Shown here piece by piece: positions 9,069 to 18,906 of a stretch of 64,000 nt of DNA. Every line of letters starts with the position of its first letter. Position 1 is the first letter of the stretch. The translations under genes and the position numbers were made by a program. Under the pieces are notes generated by a model. The model was given only the letters and a program-made list of their open reading frames with translations. It did not search any database and was not told the DNA's origin. Source of the DNA: Planctomycetaceae bacterium (lineage in GTDB: Bacteria; Planctomycetota; Planctomycetia; Pirellulales; Pirellulaceae); the NCBI GenBank assembly GCA_002726245.1, contig PBSM01000335.1, positions 7,722 through 71,721 on the forward strand, read 5' to 3'.

Positions 9069-10652
9069 ATGAGCGACACCGGTCGTCAACGCAGCCGCTT
9101 TCTGCCGTTCAGCGTTTTGCTCGCGGTGTTGTTAATCCCTGTTTCGATCATGATCGTGGCGAAAGTGCGGCACGACCAGCGCACTCGCACGCTTGCACTA
9201 GCACAGGAAGCGTTCTTGCAAGACGTGAGGCAACTCGGCGGGCATGTCGTTCTAGCTCCAGTTGGCCCATCAGACGTCGTCAAGCCGGTGATCGCCATCG
9301 ATCTTAGTAAAGCGGCAATCACCAGTGAGATCGTTGATCGACTGAGCGAATTAACAACAATCGAACGGCTCAATCTCGACGGAGCAACGCTTGAGAGTGA
9401 GCACTACCGCGCCGTTGGCCGGCTAACGACACTTCGCAACTTAGGATTATCATTGAACGAGTCTACGTTTTCGGACGACGGTCTTCCCCTCTCGGAATTG
9501 CATCTGTCTGCGTTGTCGATCCGTGGAACGGCGATTACCGACGAAGGTCTGTCGCGTCTAGCAAGCATGACCAGCCTCGCAAGCTTGGACGTTTCCGACA
9601 CCAAAGCCACTTCGGAAGGCCTGAAGTCGCTGGCCGGACTTACTTCCCTCACCGCTCTGGAGATCGACGACGATTGTGTCAGTCCAGACAGCGTCATCGC
9701 TCTTCAATCCTTGAAGTCGTTGCAGGTCCTTCGTATTCACGTGCCTAGCGGCTTGGGACAGCAGACGAAGGATCTTCTGAGCCCACTCGTTCAATCGTGC
9801 GCTGTGAAAGCGCAACATCCATCCGGGCAGACTCTCTGGACTGCCGACGCGACTTGGGAGGAGACACTTGCTGGCGTCGTCGAGATTGTTGCGGACGAAG
9901 TCGAGTTGAATCCGAAACAAGTCACACAACTGATCGAAGCAATTGGCTCATCCGGCTTCGGTCACAAACAGTCGCGCGTTCTTCCTACATCGAGCAAACC
10001 AGCAGGCGATCCGCCGAAGCGCAAACCGATTGAATCTGTCGATGAGTTCCTGCGACGACTTCGCGAACCAGGGCGCCCTAGCCATGAAGTTCTCGCTTTC
10101 GCAGTTAACAGCTTCACGAAGAACGATATCCCGAAGCTACTTGAAGCGTTGCGTGCGGAGCCGGATCTTCGGTCTGTCGAATACCTAAATCGATACGGCT
10201 CGTACTTGTTGGTTCGAGATGGATGGGAAGACTCGGAGACTCCGAAGGCACTGGACCGAATGTTGAATCACGAGGATCCCCACGTCCGTGGAAGAACTGT
10301 CTATGCATTCGACCGATACGGACACCCTTTCGGTAAGGACTGGGCTCCGAGCGAAGCAGCCGTCGAATTCGGTTTGCCTCGGTTGATTCAACTTGCTGAC
10401 GATCCGGGAGTCTCGGTTCGATTGGCTGTTACCGAAGTCTTGGGCGACCTTGCTCACCATCATCCCAGCCGTGCCGCCGAAGTGATGCCAGTGCTGATTG
10501 GGATGCTCGAAAAACGGGAGTACGGATACACGCGTCACGCCATCTCGCGCGTTGCCAAGGCCAACCCAGAGGCAGCAAGAGCGTTTGCTCCGCAGTTTCG
10601 GTGCCTGCTGATGATATTGATAAGATCACTGATCCTGCCGGAAATCCAATGA
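9069..10652 (+). CDS. Membrane-anchored leucine-rich-repeat + HEAT-repeat protein
   Basis: N-terminal TM helix. Planctomycete-type leucine-rich repeats (LNLDGATL...LRNLGLS...LASLDVSDTKATSEGLKSLAGLTSLTALEI). HEAT-like repeats at the C-terminus (HEDPHVRGRTVYAF, DDPGVSVRLAVTEVLG). Confidence 0.6.
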   Translation: MSDTGRQRSRFLPFSVLLAVLLIPVSIMIVAKVRHDQRTRTLALAQEAFLQDVRQLGGHVVLAPVGPSDVVKPVIAIDLSKAAITSEIVDRLSELTTIERLNLDGATLESEHYRAVGRLTTLRNLGLSLNESTFSDDGLPLSELHLSALSIRGTAITDEGLSRLASMTSLASLDVSDTKATSEGLKSLAGLTSLTALEIDDDCVSPDSVIALQSLKSLQVLRIHVPSGLGQQTKDLLSPLVQSCAVKAQHPSGQTLWTADATWEETLAGVVEIVADEVELNPKQVTQLIEAIGSSGFGHKQSRVLPTSSKPAGDPPKRKPIESVDEFLRRLREPGRPSHEVLAFAVNSFTKNDIPKLLEALRAEPDLRSVEYLNRYGSYLLVRDGWEDSETPKALDRMLNHEDPHVRGRTVYAFDRYGHPFGKDWAPSEAAVEFGLPRLIQLADDPGVSVRLAVTEVLGDLAHHHPSRAAEVMPVLIGMLEKREYGYTRHAISRVAKANPEAARAFAPQFRCLLMILIRSLILPEIQ

Positions 10653-10993
10653 TCGCAAACACCGCGTCGGCTGAGCACTGGCAACGCATTGTCGTAACGG
10701 AGGCGTTTATCGATGTGGTTCGCGCCGATTCAGAGTTGTCGCACGAAGTCGCTGTCGAATCGCTTCAACAAATCCGTGACGGAAAACCGGCCGGTAGATA
10801 CCTCCACAATCTCGTGTCCCCAAAGAATCCTCAGACGGTTCGGCTTTTGGTGCGTGAGTTGCTTGAGATTTCTGCTGCCAACAACAACGAAGCAAGGACC
10901 GAGCACCTGAGGGAATCGCTGGCATCTGTTGCTAGGGCCATTCGGGATTACCGTGCACCACAAGGCACGTCACCATCGCCCGCAGACGACTAA
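10601..10993 (+). CDS. Possible frameshifted C-terminal continuation of the LRR/HEAT gene (or a separate small ORF)
   Basis: Overlaps the 3' end of 9069-10652 by about 50 nt in another frame. The upstream ORF ends in a low-quality tail (CLLMILIRSLILPEIQ) exactly where this frame opens. No RBS or ATG (the first codon is an alternative start). Confidence 0.3.
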   Translation: MPADDIDKITDPAGNPMIANTASAEHWQRIVVTEAFIDVVRADSELSHEVAVESLQQIRDGKPAGRYLHNLVSPKNPQTVRLLVRELLEISAANNNEARTEHLRESLASVARAIRDYRAPQGTSPSPADD

Positions 10994-11074
10994 CGCTTGT
11001 CTATTTAATCACTGGTCATCCATAGCCTCGCGACCGCCAACGGGCCTATAATGAGTGCAAAGGAGCCACACACG

Positions 11075-11332
11075 ATGAGCACAGAACCTCAACCATCCGC
11101 CGACTTTCAACAGATCACCGATCACGCCCTCGCCCTTCCTGTCGATCAGCGAGTCGTACTCCTTCACAAGCTGAACGACAGCATCAACGAAGAAGAGCCG
11201 ACGCCCGAACATCAAGAACGCGTGATGGAAGTCGTTCGGCAGCGAGCCGAGGAAATGCGTAATGGCACGGCGGAAGAGGTCAGCCATGAAGAAGTGATGG
11301 AGTTCCTGAATCGGCCTGCGCAATGCGATTGA
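11075..11332 (+). CDS. Type II antitoxin, putative addiction-module component (CHP02574-like)
   Basis: TATAAT at 11047-11052. AAGGAG RBS lies 8 nt before the ATG at 11075. LPVDQRVVLLHKLNDSI core with an acidic tail is typical of the family. Overlaps the toxin gene by 10 nt. Confidence 0.7.
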   Translation: MSTEPQPSADFQQITDHALALPVDQRVVLLHKLNDSINEEEPTPEHQERVMEVVRQRAEEMRNGTAEEVSHEEVMEFLNRPAQCD

Positions 11333-11628
11333 TCTATCATGCCAAGGCATTCGCCGACATTCGTGATGCCGTTGAGTTCTATGAGGCGGACTCACCATCG
11401 GCTGCGGAGAACCTGAAGACAGAGATCAAGCGGAGTCTACGGCTGATTGAAACGAATCCAGAGCGGTTTGCAATCGTTGAAGGCGATGTCCGGCGTTGCC
11501 GTGTTCAGCGATTTCCGTTTGATTTGTATTTCACACTCTTCAGTGACCACGCGAAACTTCACGCATTGATCCACCACAGCAGACATCCTGATCACTGGAA
11601 ACATCGCCTTGACGACATCGACGACTGA
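11323..11628 (+). CDS. ParE/RelE-family toxin
   Basis: About 100 aa with the ParE-like fold pattern ([67 protein letters not shown]). Follows the antitoxin with a short overlap. Confidence 0.75.
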   Translation: MRLIYHAKAFADIRDAVEFYEADSPSAAENLKTEIKRSLRLIETNPERFAIVEGDVRRCRVQRFPFDLYFTLFSDHAKLHALIHHSRHPDHWKHRLDDIDD

Positions 11629-13096
11629 TCTATCTGGCCAGCACCTGCTCAACCGCCGTTCGTTCCTCAACGACATGGGATATGGCTTGAGCGGCATCGC
11701 GCTCGCGCAATTGCTCGGAAGCGAAGGCTTATTGGCTGCGGATAAGAAGCCACTTCGTCCGAAGATCGATTCGGCGAACCCACATGCTCCGCGCGAGCCG
11801 CACTTTGCGGCGAAGGCCAAGAACGTGCTGGTGATTTTCTGCGCGGGGGCGTGTAGTCATTTGGATACGTTTGATTACAAGGAAGAACTCGTCAAACGAG
11901 ATGGCCAGCCACTGCCGGGTGCTGATGATCTGCTGACATTCCAGGGCCAACAAGGCAACTTGACGAAGAGCCCGTGGGAATTCAAGCCGCGTGGCGAGAG
12001 TGGCAAGATGGTGTCGGAGCTGGTTCCGCATCTGGGCGAACTCGCGGATGAAATGTGCTTCATTCACTCGCTGACCAGCAAGACGAACACGCACGGTCCC
12101 GGCGAGAACTTCATGTCAACGGGCTACACATTGGATGGGTTCCCCAGCATCGGAGCGTGGGTGACTTATGCACTCGGCAGCGAGAGTCAGGATCTGCCGG
12201 CATTCGTTGCCATTCCCGATCCCCGAGGCGCGCCGCAGTCGAGCGTGAACAACTGGGGCCCCGGGTTTCTGCCGGCTGCATTTCAAGGGACGGACTTCAA
12301 CGCAGCCAACCCGATTCGAAATCTCAATCGTCCCGAGGGTATCTCGGCCAAGATAGATATCGCGACACGCGACTTCTTGAGACGCCTGAACGCCCGCCAT
12401 CTCGAACGCTTTCCCGGCGACACCGAACTCGCCGCGCGGATCTCCAGCTACGAGTTGGCTGCGCGGATGCAGTTGAGCGTTCCTGAGGTGAGCAACATCT
12501 CGACGGAACCCGAACACATCTTGAAGATGTACGGGGCGGATGACACCGGGAACGACTTGAAAGCTGCGTTCGCTCGCAACTGTATTCTCGCTCGCCGCTT
12601 ACTTGAGAAGGGCGTTCGCTGCGTGCAACTCTTCAACGGCTCCTATCAAACCGGTGGCGAAGGCACCAGCAACTGGGACGGGCATAAAGTCTTGCACGAG
12701 CAGTACAGCAAACACGGCCCGGTGCTTGATCAGCCGGCGGCAGCGCTGATCAAAGACCTCAAACAGCGCGGCTTGCTGAATGAAACTCTTGTCGTTTGGT
12801 GTACCGAGTTCGGTCGCATGCCGACGTTCCAAAAGGGAGCCAGCGGGCGCGATCACGATCCATCAGGCTTCACCGGTTGGCTGGCCGGCGCAGGCGTGAA
12901 GGCTCCGTTCACTTACGGCGCGACCGATGAATTCGGTTACAAGGCCGCCGAGAACATCAGCACCATCTACGACTTCCACGCCACGATCCTACACCTGCTC
13001 GGTCTCGACCACGAGCGGCTCTCCTTCTATCACAACGGCATCGAACGGCGGCTGACCGATGTGCATGGTCACGTGATCGAAGAACTGTTGGCCTGA
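11609..13096 (+). CDS. DUF1501 domain protein (second paralog, Tat-secreted)
   Basis: TTG start overlapping the toxin 3' end. Tat motif [23 protein letters not shown]. Collinear with 2127-3563 ([33 protein letters not shown] motifs). Confidence 0.85.
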   Translation: MTTSTTDLSGQHLLNRRSFLNDMGYGLSGIALAQLLGSEGLLAADKKPLRPKIDSANPHAPREPHFAAKAKNVLVIFCAGACSHLDTFDYKEELVKRDGQPLPGADDLLTFQGQQGNLTKSPWEFKPRGESGKMVSELVPHLGELADEMCFIHSLTSKTNTHGPGENFMSTGYTLDGFPSIGAWVTYALGSESQDLPAFVAIPDPRGAPQSSVNNWGPGFLPAAFQGTDFNAANPIRNLNRPEGISAKIDIATRDFLRRLNARHLERFPGDTELAARISSYELAARMQLSVPEVSNISTEPEHILKMYGADDTGNDLKAAFARNCILARRLLEKGVRCVQLFNGSYQTGGEGTSNWDGHKVLHEQYSKHGPVLDQPAAALIKDLKQRGLLNETLVVWCTEFGRMPTFQKGASGRDHDPSGFTGWLAGAGVKAPFTYGATDEFGYKAAENISTIYDFHATILHLLGLDHERLSFYHNGIERRLTDVHGHVIEELLA

Positions 13097-13420
13097 TCTC
13101 CTCACCGCGATGCGTGTCGAGGTCCACGAGGCGAGCGGATTCGAGTGGGCGAAGTCGCAGACAGGCCAATGCCGTTCGGCGAGTGCGGCAGTTCCATCAA
13201 GCTTGCATCTCCGATCACCACCGGCCCGACGATCCCGCCCTCGAACCATGACCGCTGCACGCGAATCGCAATTACGTTATCAACTTCCGGAGCTAATAAC
13301 GCTCCTCGCGGAATCGCGTAGTAACGGCACATCCACGGTGCGTTCACAAATCGTCTGCCGATTCGTCCTTCGCCGCCTATCTGCACGCCGTTGGCGTCGC
13401 GTTAAACGGGGGAGCTAAAA

Positions 13421-13449
13421 TTGCACGCGGCACGGAACTTGCCTAGAAT
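13421..13449 (+). promoter_or_regulatory. Sigma70-like promoter TTGCAC-N17-TAGAAT upstream of yidC
   Basis: TTGCAC (13421-13426), a 17-nt spacer, then TAGAAT (13444-13449). GGAGG RBS lies 7 nt before the ATG at 13522. Confidence 0.35.
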
Positions 13450-13521
13450 GATCCCCCACCTAACTGGCGAACCCAGCCTGAGGCTCTTCCGCCACGCAAA
13501 GTACCAAACCTGGAGGCTGCT

Positions 13522-14154
13522 ATGTTTTGGGAATGGTTTGTCGAAACGTTACGCACCGCGATCTTCGCGTCTTCGCAAGTTTGTGGCGGCAACATCGCAG
13601 GCGGCATTCTGATCGTGTCTGTCTGCGTGCGGCTGGCACTGTTTCCGTTGACGCTTTGGCTGGCGAAGATGTCAGCGCGGCGTCAAGCAGTGCTGACGAA
13701 AATGAAACCGGAACTCAATCGGCTCCGCAAGCGCTTTCAAGATCGACCAGAACGACTTGCCGAGGAAACACAGCGACTATTTCAACGAGAGGGCACAAGT
13801 CCGCTGCCGCTAGCAGGTTGTCTCGGGGGAGTTGCTCAGATGCCGGTCTTCTTGGGTCTGTTCTCGGCAGTTCGGAAGTGTGCGGCGTTTGGAGGGAAGT
13901 TCTTCTGGGTGCAAAACATTGCCAAACCGGACGCGATCCTGGCGTTACTTGTTGCTGCTACGACTTGCGGAGCGGTCGCGGTGACAAGGACTACTCCGGA
14001 GCAAAACAAAGCCCTGTTACTGCTATTGCCGGCGGTAATGACGGTCGTTGCGTTGTGGCAACTGTCGGCCGGAGTCGCCTTGTATTGGGGTGTATCAAGC
14101 CTATTCAGCCTGCTGCAAGCAACGATCGTTCGGCGAACGGAGCCGGCGGCATAG
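13522..14154 (+). CDS. yidC: Short YidC/Oxa1-family membrane protein insertase (conserved core only)
   Basis: GGILIVSVCVRLALFPL...QAVLTKMKPELNRLRKRF...GCLGGVAQMPVFLGLF...FFWVQNIAKPD matches the YidC C-terminal core. About 5 TM helices. Confidence 0.7.
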   Translation: MFWEWFVETLRTAIFASSQVCGGNIAGGILIVSVCVRLALFPLTLWLAKMSARRQAVLTKMKPELNRLRKRFQDRPERLAEETQRLFQREGTSPLPLAGCLGGVAQMPVFLGLFSAVRKCAAFGGKFFWVQNIAKPDAILALLVAATTCGAVAVTRTTPEQNKALLLLLPAVMTVVALWQLSAGVALYWGVSSLFSLLQATIVRRTEPAA

Positions 14155-14356
14155 ACGTGAAGGCTTGATTTGCGACAGGATAGGCGCGTGCCGGCCCGCC
14201 GTCGAATTTTTCCAAGAAACCGTCTGCGGACTCGTGCCGTCTTTCTTGTGTCGGCCTAACTGACTTGCGCGGCTGGGCCACTTCTTTCCACTTTCCAAAA
14301 ACCTGTGTTCAATCCCGGATCGCCGTGTGCGCGGGCAGAAGAAGGACGACCGTTTG

Positions 14357-15016
14357 ATGAAGGGCTTGATGACCCATACGTCGTTACTCGGGTTAGCGCT
14401 AGTCGCAGCATCGCTCGGCCTTCCGCTCCACACGGAAACAACAAGTCATTCGCAAAGTGCCGTGTTGCCAGCTCGCGATGGCCACCCAGATTCTGTGCGG
14501 CTCGGCGGCGTCGTACCGCCACTCGATCTGTCGAGCTACCCATCTCGCGACCCGAATTGGCAGAGCCCACGCGCCCGTAGCGAGCCGCACGGACATGAAT
14601 CCTGCGCATCGGGGTGTGCAGTCAGTCATCATCCCACGCCACGCCTTACCAAAGACCGATCCCGGGCGTTGCTTGCCGAGTATCAGCAAGAACCATTCGA
14701 CCAGGAAAGCGAATCGCTCGACGCACTGTTGTACTTTGGTGCGCAAATATGCTTCCAATTGCGAAACGACTCGCTCCGCGATCTGCTCGACGCAGATCAT
14801 CTCACGTATCTCGAACACGAACTGTCACGTGACCGAGCGATTGTGTCGATTCGCTTGCTCGATCAAGACGGAAAGGTGCGAGCGGAATTGCCGGCGACCG
14901 GAGTTCCGCAACACGTGCGGCAAGTTTTCGAGTGCGATGTCTACGACTTACAGCCGCTCGTCTGCAGCGGCACCGTCAAACGAGTGGGTAAGAACCACAT
15001 CTGGCAACGTTTGTGA
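14357..15016 (+). CDS. Hypothetical secreted protein
   Basis: ATG at 14357 followed by a signal peptide (MKGLMTHTSLLGLALVAASLG). No recognisable domain. Confidence 0.4.
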   Translation: MKGLMTHTSLLGLALVAASLGLPLHTETTSHSQSAVLPARDGHPDSVRLGGVVPPLDLSSYPSRDPNWQSPRARSEPHGHESCASGCAVSHHPTPRLTKDRSRALLAEYQQEPFDQESESLDALLYFGAQICFQLRNDSLRDLLDADHLTYLEHELSRDRAIVSIRLLDQDGKVRAELPATGVPQHVRQVFECDVYDLQPLVCSGTVKRVGKNHIWQRL

Positions 15017-15167
15017 ATGGAAGGCCGCCACTGTGTGGCCGGACCGTGGTTCACGGTTCATGAAATCGGCGGTGATTGGAAAACACTCGACACGATCTGG
15101 ATCAGCAACGGAAACGAAACTTGTAAAGCACGCGTTCAAGTACGCGTTGACTTGGAGAAAGCGAAAA

Positions 15168-18089
15168 ATGACATCTAAACGAAACGTTCTTATCACCGTT
15201 GCGCTGGCATGCTTATCTGTCTGCCACACACCTGCCAAGGCCGACCCCTGCGGGATGGTTCCACCGATTTACTTCAATACGAGAACCGTTCCGATTACAC
15301 GAGTCGGCTTGCAGAAGACGTATGTCTTTTACAAAGACGGGCTCGAAACGCTGGTGATCCGGCCTGGTTTCGAGGGCAAAGTGGAAGAGTTCGGGATGCT
15401 GATTCCTTTCCCCACGCCGCCCGCGATCCGCAAGGTTCCCGACGATGTCTTCCCGCATATCGCGGCCGCAATTGATCCGCCTAAAGTCGTGATCGATTTG
15501 CGTTGGCAGATGCGCGGCCGCTTTAGGCGTTTTAGTCTTTGGGCAGACCGGTCAGACAAGCTCAGCGTTCAGGCAACTGAGGCTGCGGAGGACGAAGTTC
15601 GAGTGATTCGCGAGGAAGCGGTTGGTATGTACGAAGTCGTGGTGCTCGACGCGGGGAGTGCCAAGGCGTTGAAACGCTGGATGGACGACCACGAGTATCG
15701 TTATCCCGAGGGGATGGACGAAGCGTGTGATGACTATGTCGAAGCGGGTTGGTGTTTCGTGGCCGTTCGCACACAGGTCGGCCACAAGAGTAAAGTCGAT
15801 CCCAAACCGGGTCAGAAAGATGTTGATACAAAGCTCGCTCCTAACGCATCCTTCGATGGACATGTTCAAGCGATGGGTTTCCGCTTTCGCAGTGACGAGT
15901 TGGTCGTGCCGATGCGGCTATCGACGTTTAACGAAGGTGATCTGCACAACGTGGTCTATCTGTTGACTGATCGGCCCAGTCGGATCAATCACGTTCCGGA
16001 GAGGTATGTTGTGCGGCAGATAGAAGGGGCAGAACTGCTACAGAATGTTACAGGCCCGCTACCGCTGCGAATTCTCGGAGGAACAGTCGAGAACATCTTG
16101 CAACCGCAACGCGACTCGCTCAAGGTCCAACGCAACGCGGAGCCGCACAACGGTTTCGCGCGTGAGCTGTTCGCGAGTGATCTCACTTGTGCGAATGAAG
16201 TTCGCTTGACGAACGGCTACGAGGAGACAGAGAAAGAGTTGCTGCGAATCGGTGAGTTGCTGAACATGCGGGGGCCAGGAATTGACGTGTTACATCGACA
16301 AGTGCTTCAGGAGGAGCGGAGGAAATCGACAGAGACCGCACTTGCCACATTGGAAGACATGACGTTAACGGTGATTGACGGCGACTTCCCTCGTGATGTC
16401 TTGTCTCGAGACAACATCACGTTCAGCAAGCATCAGATGCCGAAGAGTCGCAACACAGCGGCGGCGTATGATGCGAGACTGTTCGGGCCGGCTCCGCAGC
16501 AGGAAGGCACCGTTGTTCGCGAGAGCATTGCGGCCGTTATGGAAGGCAAGGCATTGCCGAGCAGTATCGCCACGCTTCGCGGAATCAATCGACTGATGGA
16601 TACCGAAGTGGGCGAACCGGCCAGGTTCATGTGGATACCGATCGTACTGGTCGGAGCCATTGTGATTGTCGGTGTACGGCACAGATGGGCGCGAGGTACG
16701 TGGCTGATGCTTCTCGCCGGCTTGCTGATCATAAGCGTGTTCGCCGGCACGGGTCGAGCCGATGTGGCGGTAAAGAGTTCTGACTTCGTCGAGAACTCCT
16801 TAAAGCAATTCCAACAGACGAGCACGCGTGAGGAAGCGATCACCAATCTGCGAGAACTCGGCGAACCGATGCTGGACGGGCTGGTCCGCCGAGCTCGGGA
16901 GCACGAAGAAATGACTCAGCGCGGTTGGGCACTGGCTTGCCTCGGCGAGTTGGGCGGTGAAGGTGCCGTTCGTCGGCTGCATGAGATAGCCAAGGATAGT
17001 TCGCTACCACAACTCGTTCGTAGTTGGTGCATCGCCGCTTTATATAAGCAAGCCACGAGCGTCGAGCAGTTGGTCGGCTATGCCAACGCCCCGATGCCGT
17101 TGGGAAACAATGAAGTGCACCGTCCGTTCCAGATCCGTTTGTCAGAGCTGCTGAGCGAGGAAGAGTCTACGGATCTGAGCTCGTTGCTGGAGTTGTCGAG
17201 TTCGTATCCGTTTCTGAATACGACGGTGATTCCGTCACTTCGGGCTCACGGAGCGAAGGCGCTCGTTCGGGAGCTGCTCACCAACTCCGACATGCAGGTT
17301 CGCAGCCAGGCGGCGGCCGTACTCGGTGCGATCGGAACAACGGCCGAAGACCAAGCGAACATTGTAAGACTGGTAATCGACTCGCTTGCGTTCGACGGCG
17401 ACCGCGAGACCGTTCCTTGGCACGGCGGCCCGCTCTTCATTCCCGGCATTGCTTGGAAAGCGGAAGACGCTCGGCACGCCATCGAGCACCTGCTGAGTTG
17501 GTGGATGTGGTGGGAGCGGCGAGAGTTGCAGGGAGAGATCAACGTCGTTGTGAACAACCTTTCGGTCTTCTCGCAAGCGGCGGGTGTCACGCACCATGGA
17601 CAGACACTCGATCCTTGGTTGTTCGACTTGGGACGTAGGATCGGCACCGAGGACTTGGAGCGACAGATCCAAGCAACTGGAGCGGTGAACAAGCAACACA
17701 TCACTGACCAGTTGAGAGCGATCGACTCAGCTTCAGGCAGCGCGAAGATCAAGCTGAATAGCGAATGGAAAGACGTTCGCGTCGTACAACAGAAGGAGCA
17801 ACGAACGGAGGTCGTCCACCTGGAACTATGCAGCCGCTTCAAACAGTGGCTGCCGACGGGGCAAGTCGCGGTAATACTCCCGGACGTCGAAGGCCTCAAG
17901 AAGGCGTCGGTCGGAGGTAAGTATCGTGAGTTGTTGCATGTTGTCCGATCCGAAAAGGACTTCGACGGTTATGGTGCGTTTAAGGACAGCGGTTACTGGG
18001 GCGGCACTTCTTATGCCGGGTATCAGAATCTGAATCCAGGTCATTGGGTGTACGTATTTCCGAACTGGTACGTATGGAAGACGAAGTAA
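15168..18089 (+). CDS. Large hypothetical protein: signal peptide, conserved N-terminal domain, one internal TM helix, HEAT-like repeat region
   Basis: ATG at 15168 with a signal peptide (MTSKRNVLITVALACLSVCHTPAKA). The ORF-track start at 14457 is a spurious in-frame extension. TM at FMWIPIVLVGAIVIVGV. HEAT-like repeats (LACLGELGGEGAVRRLHEIA, DMQVRSQAAAVLGAIG). Confidence 0.65.
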   Translation: MTSKRNVLITVALACLSVCHTPAKADPCGMVPPIYFNTRTVPITRVGLQKTYVFYKDGLETLVIRPGFEGKVEEFGMLIPFPTPPAIRKVPDDVFPHIAAAIDPPKVVIDLRWQMRGRFRRFSLWADRSDKLSVQATEAAEDEVRVIREEAVGMYEVVVLDAGSAKALKRWMDDHEYRYPEGMDEACDDYVEAGWCFVAVRTQVGHKSKVDPKPGQKDVDTKLAPNASFDGHVQAMGFRFRSDELVVPMRLSTFNEGDLHNVVYLLTDRPSRINHVPERYVVRQIEGAELLQNVTGPLPLRILGGTVENILQPQRDSLKVQRNAEPHNGFARELFASDLTCANEVRLTNGYEETEKELLRIGELLNMRGPGIDVLHRQVLQEERRKSTETALATLEDMTLTVIDGDFPRDVLSRDNITFSKHQMPKSRNTAAAYDARLFGPAPQQEGTVVRESIAAVMEGKALPSSIATLRGINRLMDTEVGEPARFMWIPIVLVGAIVIVGVRHRWARGTWLMLLAGLLIISVFAGTGRADVAVKSSDFVENSLKQFQQTSTREEAITNLRELGEPMLDGLVRRAREHEEMTQRGWALACLGELGGEGAVRRLHEIAKDSSLPQLVRSWCIAALYKQATSVEQLVGYANAPMPLGNNEVHRPFQIRLSELLSEEESTDLSSLLELSSSYPFLNTTVIPSLRAHGAKALVRELLTNSDMQVRSQAAAVLGAIGTTAEDQANIVRLVIDSLAFDGDRETVPWHGGPLFIPGIAWKAEDARHAIEHLLSWWMWWERRELQGEINVVVNNLSVFSQAAGVTHHGQTLDPWLFDLGRRIGTEDLERQIQATGAVNKQHITDQLRAIDSASGSAKIKLNSEWKDVRVVQQKEQRTEVVHLELCSRFKQWLPTGQVAVILPDVEGLKKASVGGKYRELLHVVRSEKDFDGYGAFKDSGYWGGTSYAGYQNLNPGHWVYVFPNWYVWKTK

Positions 18090-18433
18090 GCTACGCGCCG
18101 ATCGTTTCGCCTTGAGATCGACATCGTTTCTCTGTATCGATGTCGCTGCGTTCGATCTATCGCGGGCCTCTCGAAGGCTGGATTAGCGGGCTTACAGAGG
18201 CTATCTGCTGTGTGAGCCGGCGCGTTACATTTTGTGTGTCGAACGACAGTCGGCCATAGAAGGCGGCAAGAGTTGTCTTTAGTTGGAAGGCGAGCGATCT
18301 GCTCACGCTGCTCCACACGTGCGAACGGGCGCGCAATGCACTAAGATATTGCCGAACTTGGTGAGTCCGCCTCTGCCAGCTTCACAGTTGTCAGCCGCAG
18401 ATGCACGCAACTTCGTTGAACAGAGCAACCAAA

Positions 18434-18856
18434 ATGACGTTACTTCGGCACCTTGCTATTCGTTGCCGGGATATGGAACACGCGCGCAGCTTTTACGAGG
18501 CCGCGTTTGGCTGGGAATTCATCGGCTATCGGCCCAGCGGCCAGGGGCTCGACTTCAGCGACGGTGTCAACAACATCACGCTACTGCAACAACCCGAGGG
18601 CATGGAGCGGCCGTACATCGAAGAAGGAAACGAGTACATCCACTTCGGTGTGATCGTCGATGATCTCGAAGCCTGCTGGAATCGCTGTCGCGAATGGGGA
18701 GCCGAGATCTCCAAGGGAGATGTCAAAGATCGAACCGAAACCGATCAAGAGACTTCGCCGGAGCGTTCTTTCAAAGTGCTTGACCCCGACGGCAATGTGA
18801 TTGATGTCACCGCTAACAAGGAAGAGTGGCGAGGTGTCTCGCTCAAGCAACCTTAG
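18434..18856 (+). CDS. VOC-family protein (glyoxalase/bleomycin-resistance/dioxygenase fold)
   Basis: LRHLAIRCRDMEHARSFYEAAFGWEFIG ... YIHFGVIVDDLEACWNRCREWGAEI matches the glyoxalase-fold pattern. Confidence 0.75.
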   Translation: MTLLRHLAIRCRDMEHARSFYEAAFGWEFIGYRPSGQGLDFSDGVNNITLLQQPEGMERPYIEEGNEYIHFGVIVDDLEACWNRCREWGAEISKGDVKDRTETDQETSPERSFKVLDPDGNVIDVTANKEEWRGVSLKQP

Positions 18857-18906
18857 CGTTCGTGGGCAACACAAGCTTTACAACAACCAACCACAAGCGA
18901 GACACG

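Noticed and set aside
14457-15167. Long upstream in-frame extension of ORF 14457-18089 (237 extra codons), overlapping gene 14357-15016
   Set aside because: The extension is Cys/Arg/Ser-rich and not protein-like. A clean ATG with a signal peptide at 15168 explains the real gene. Long spurious open frames are expected at this GC content.
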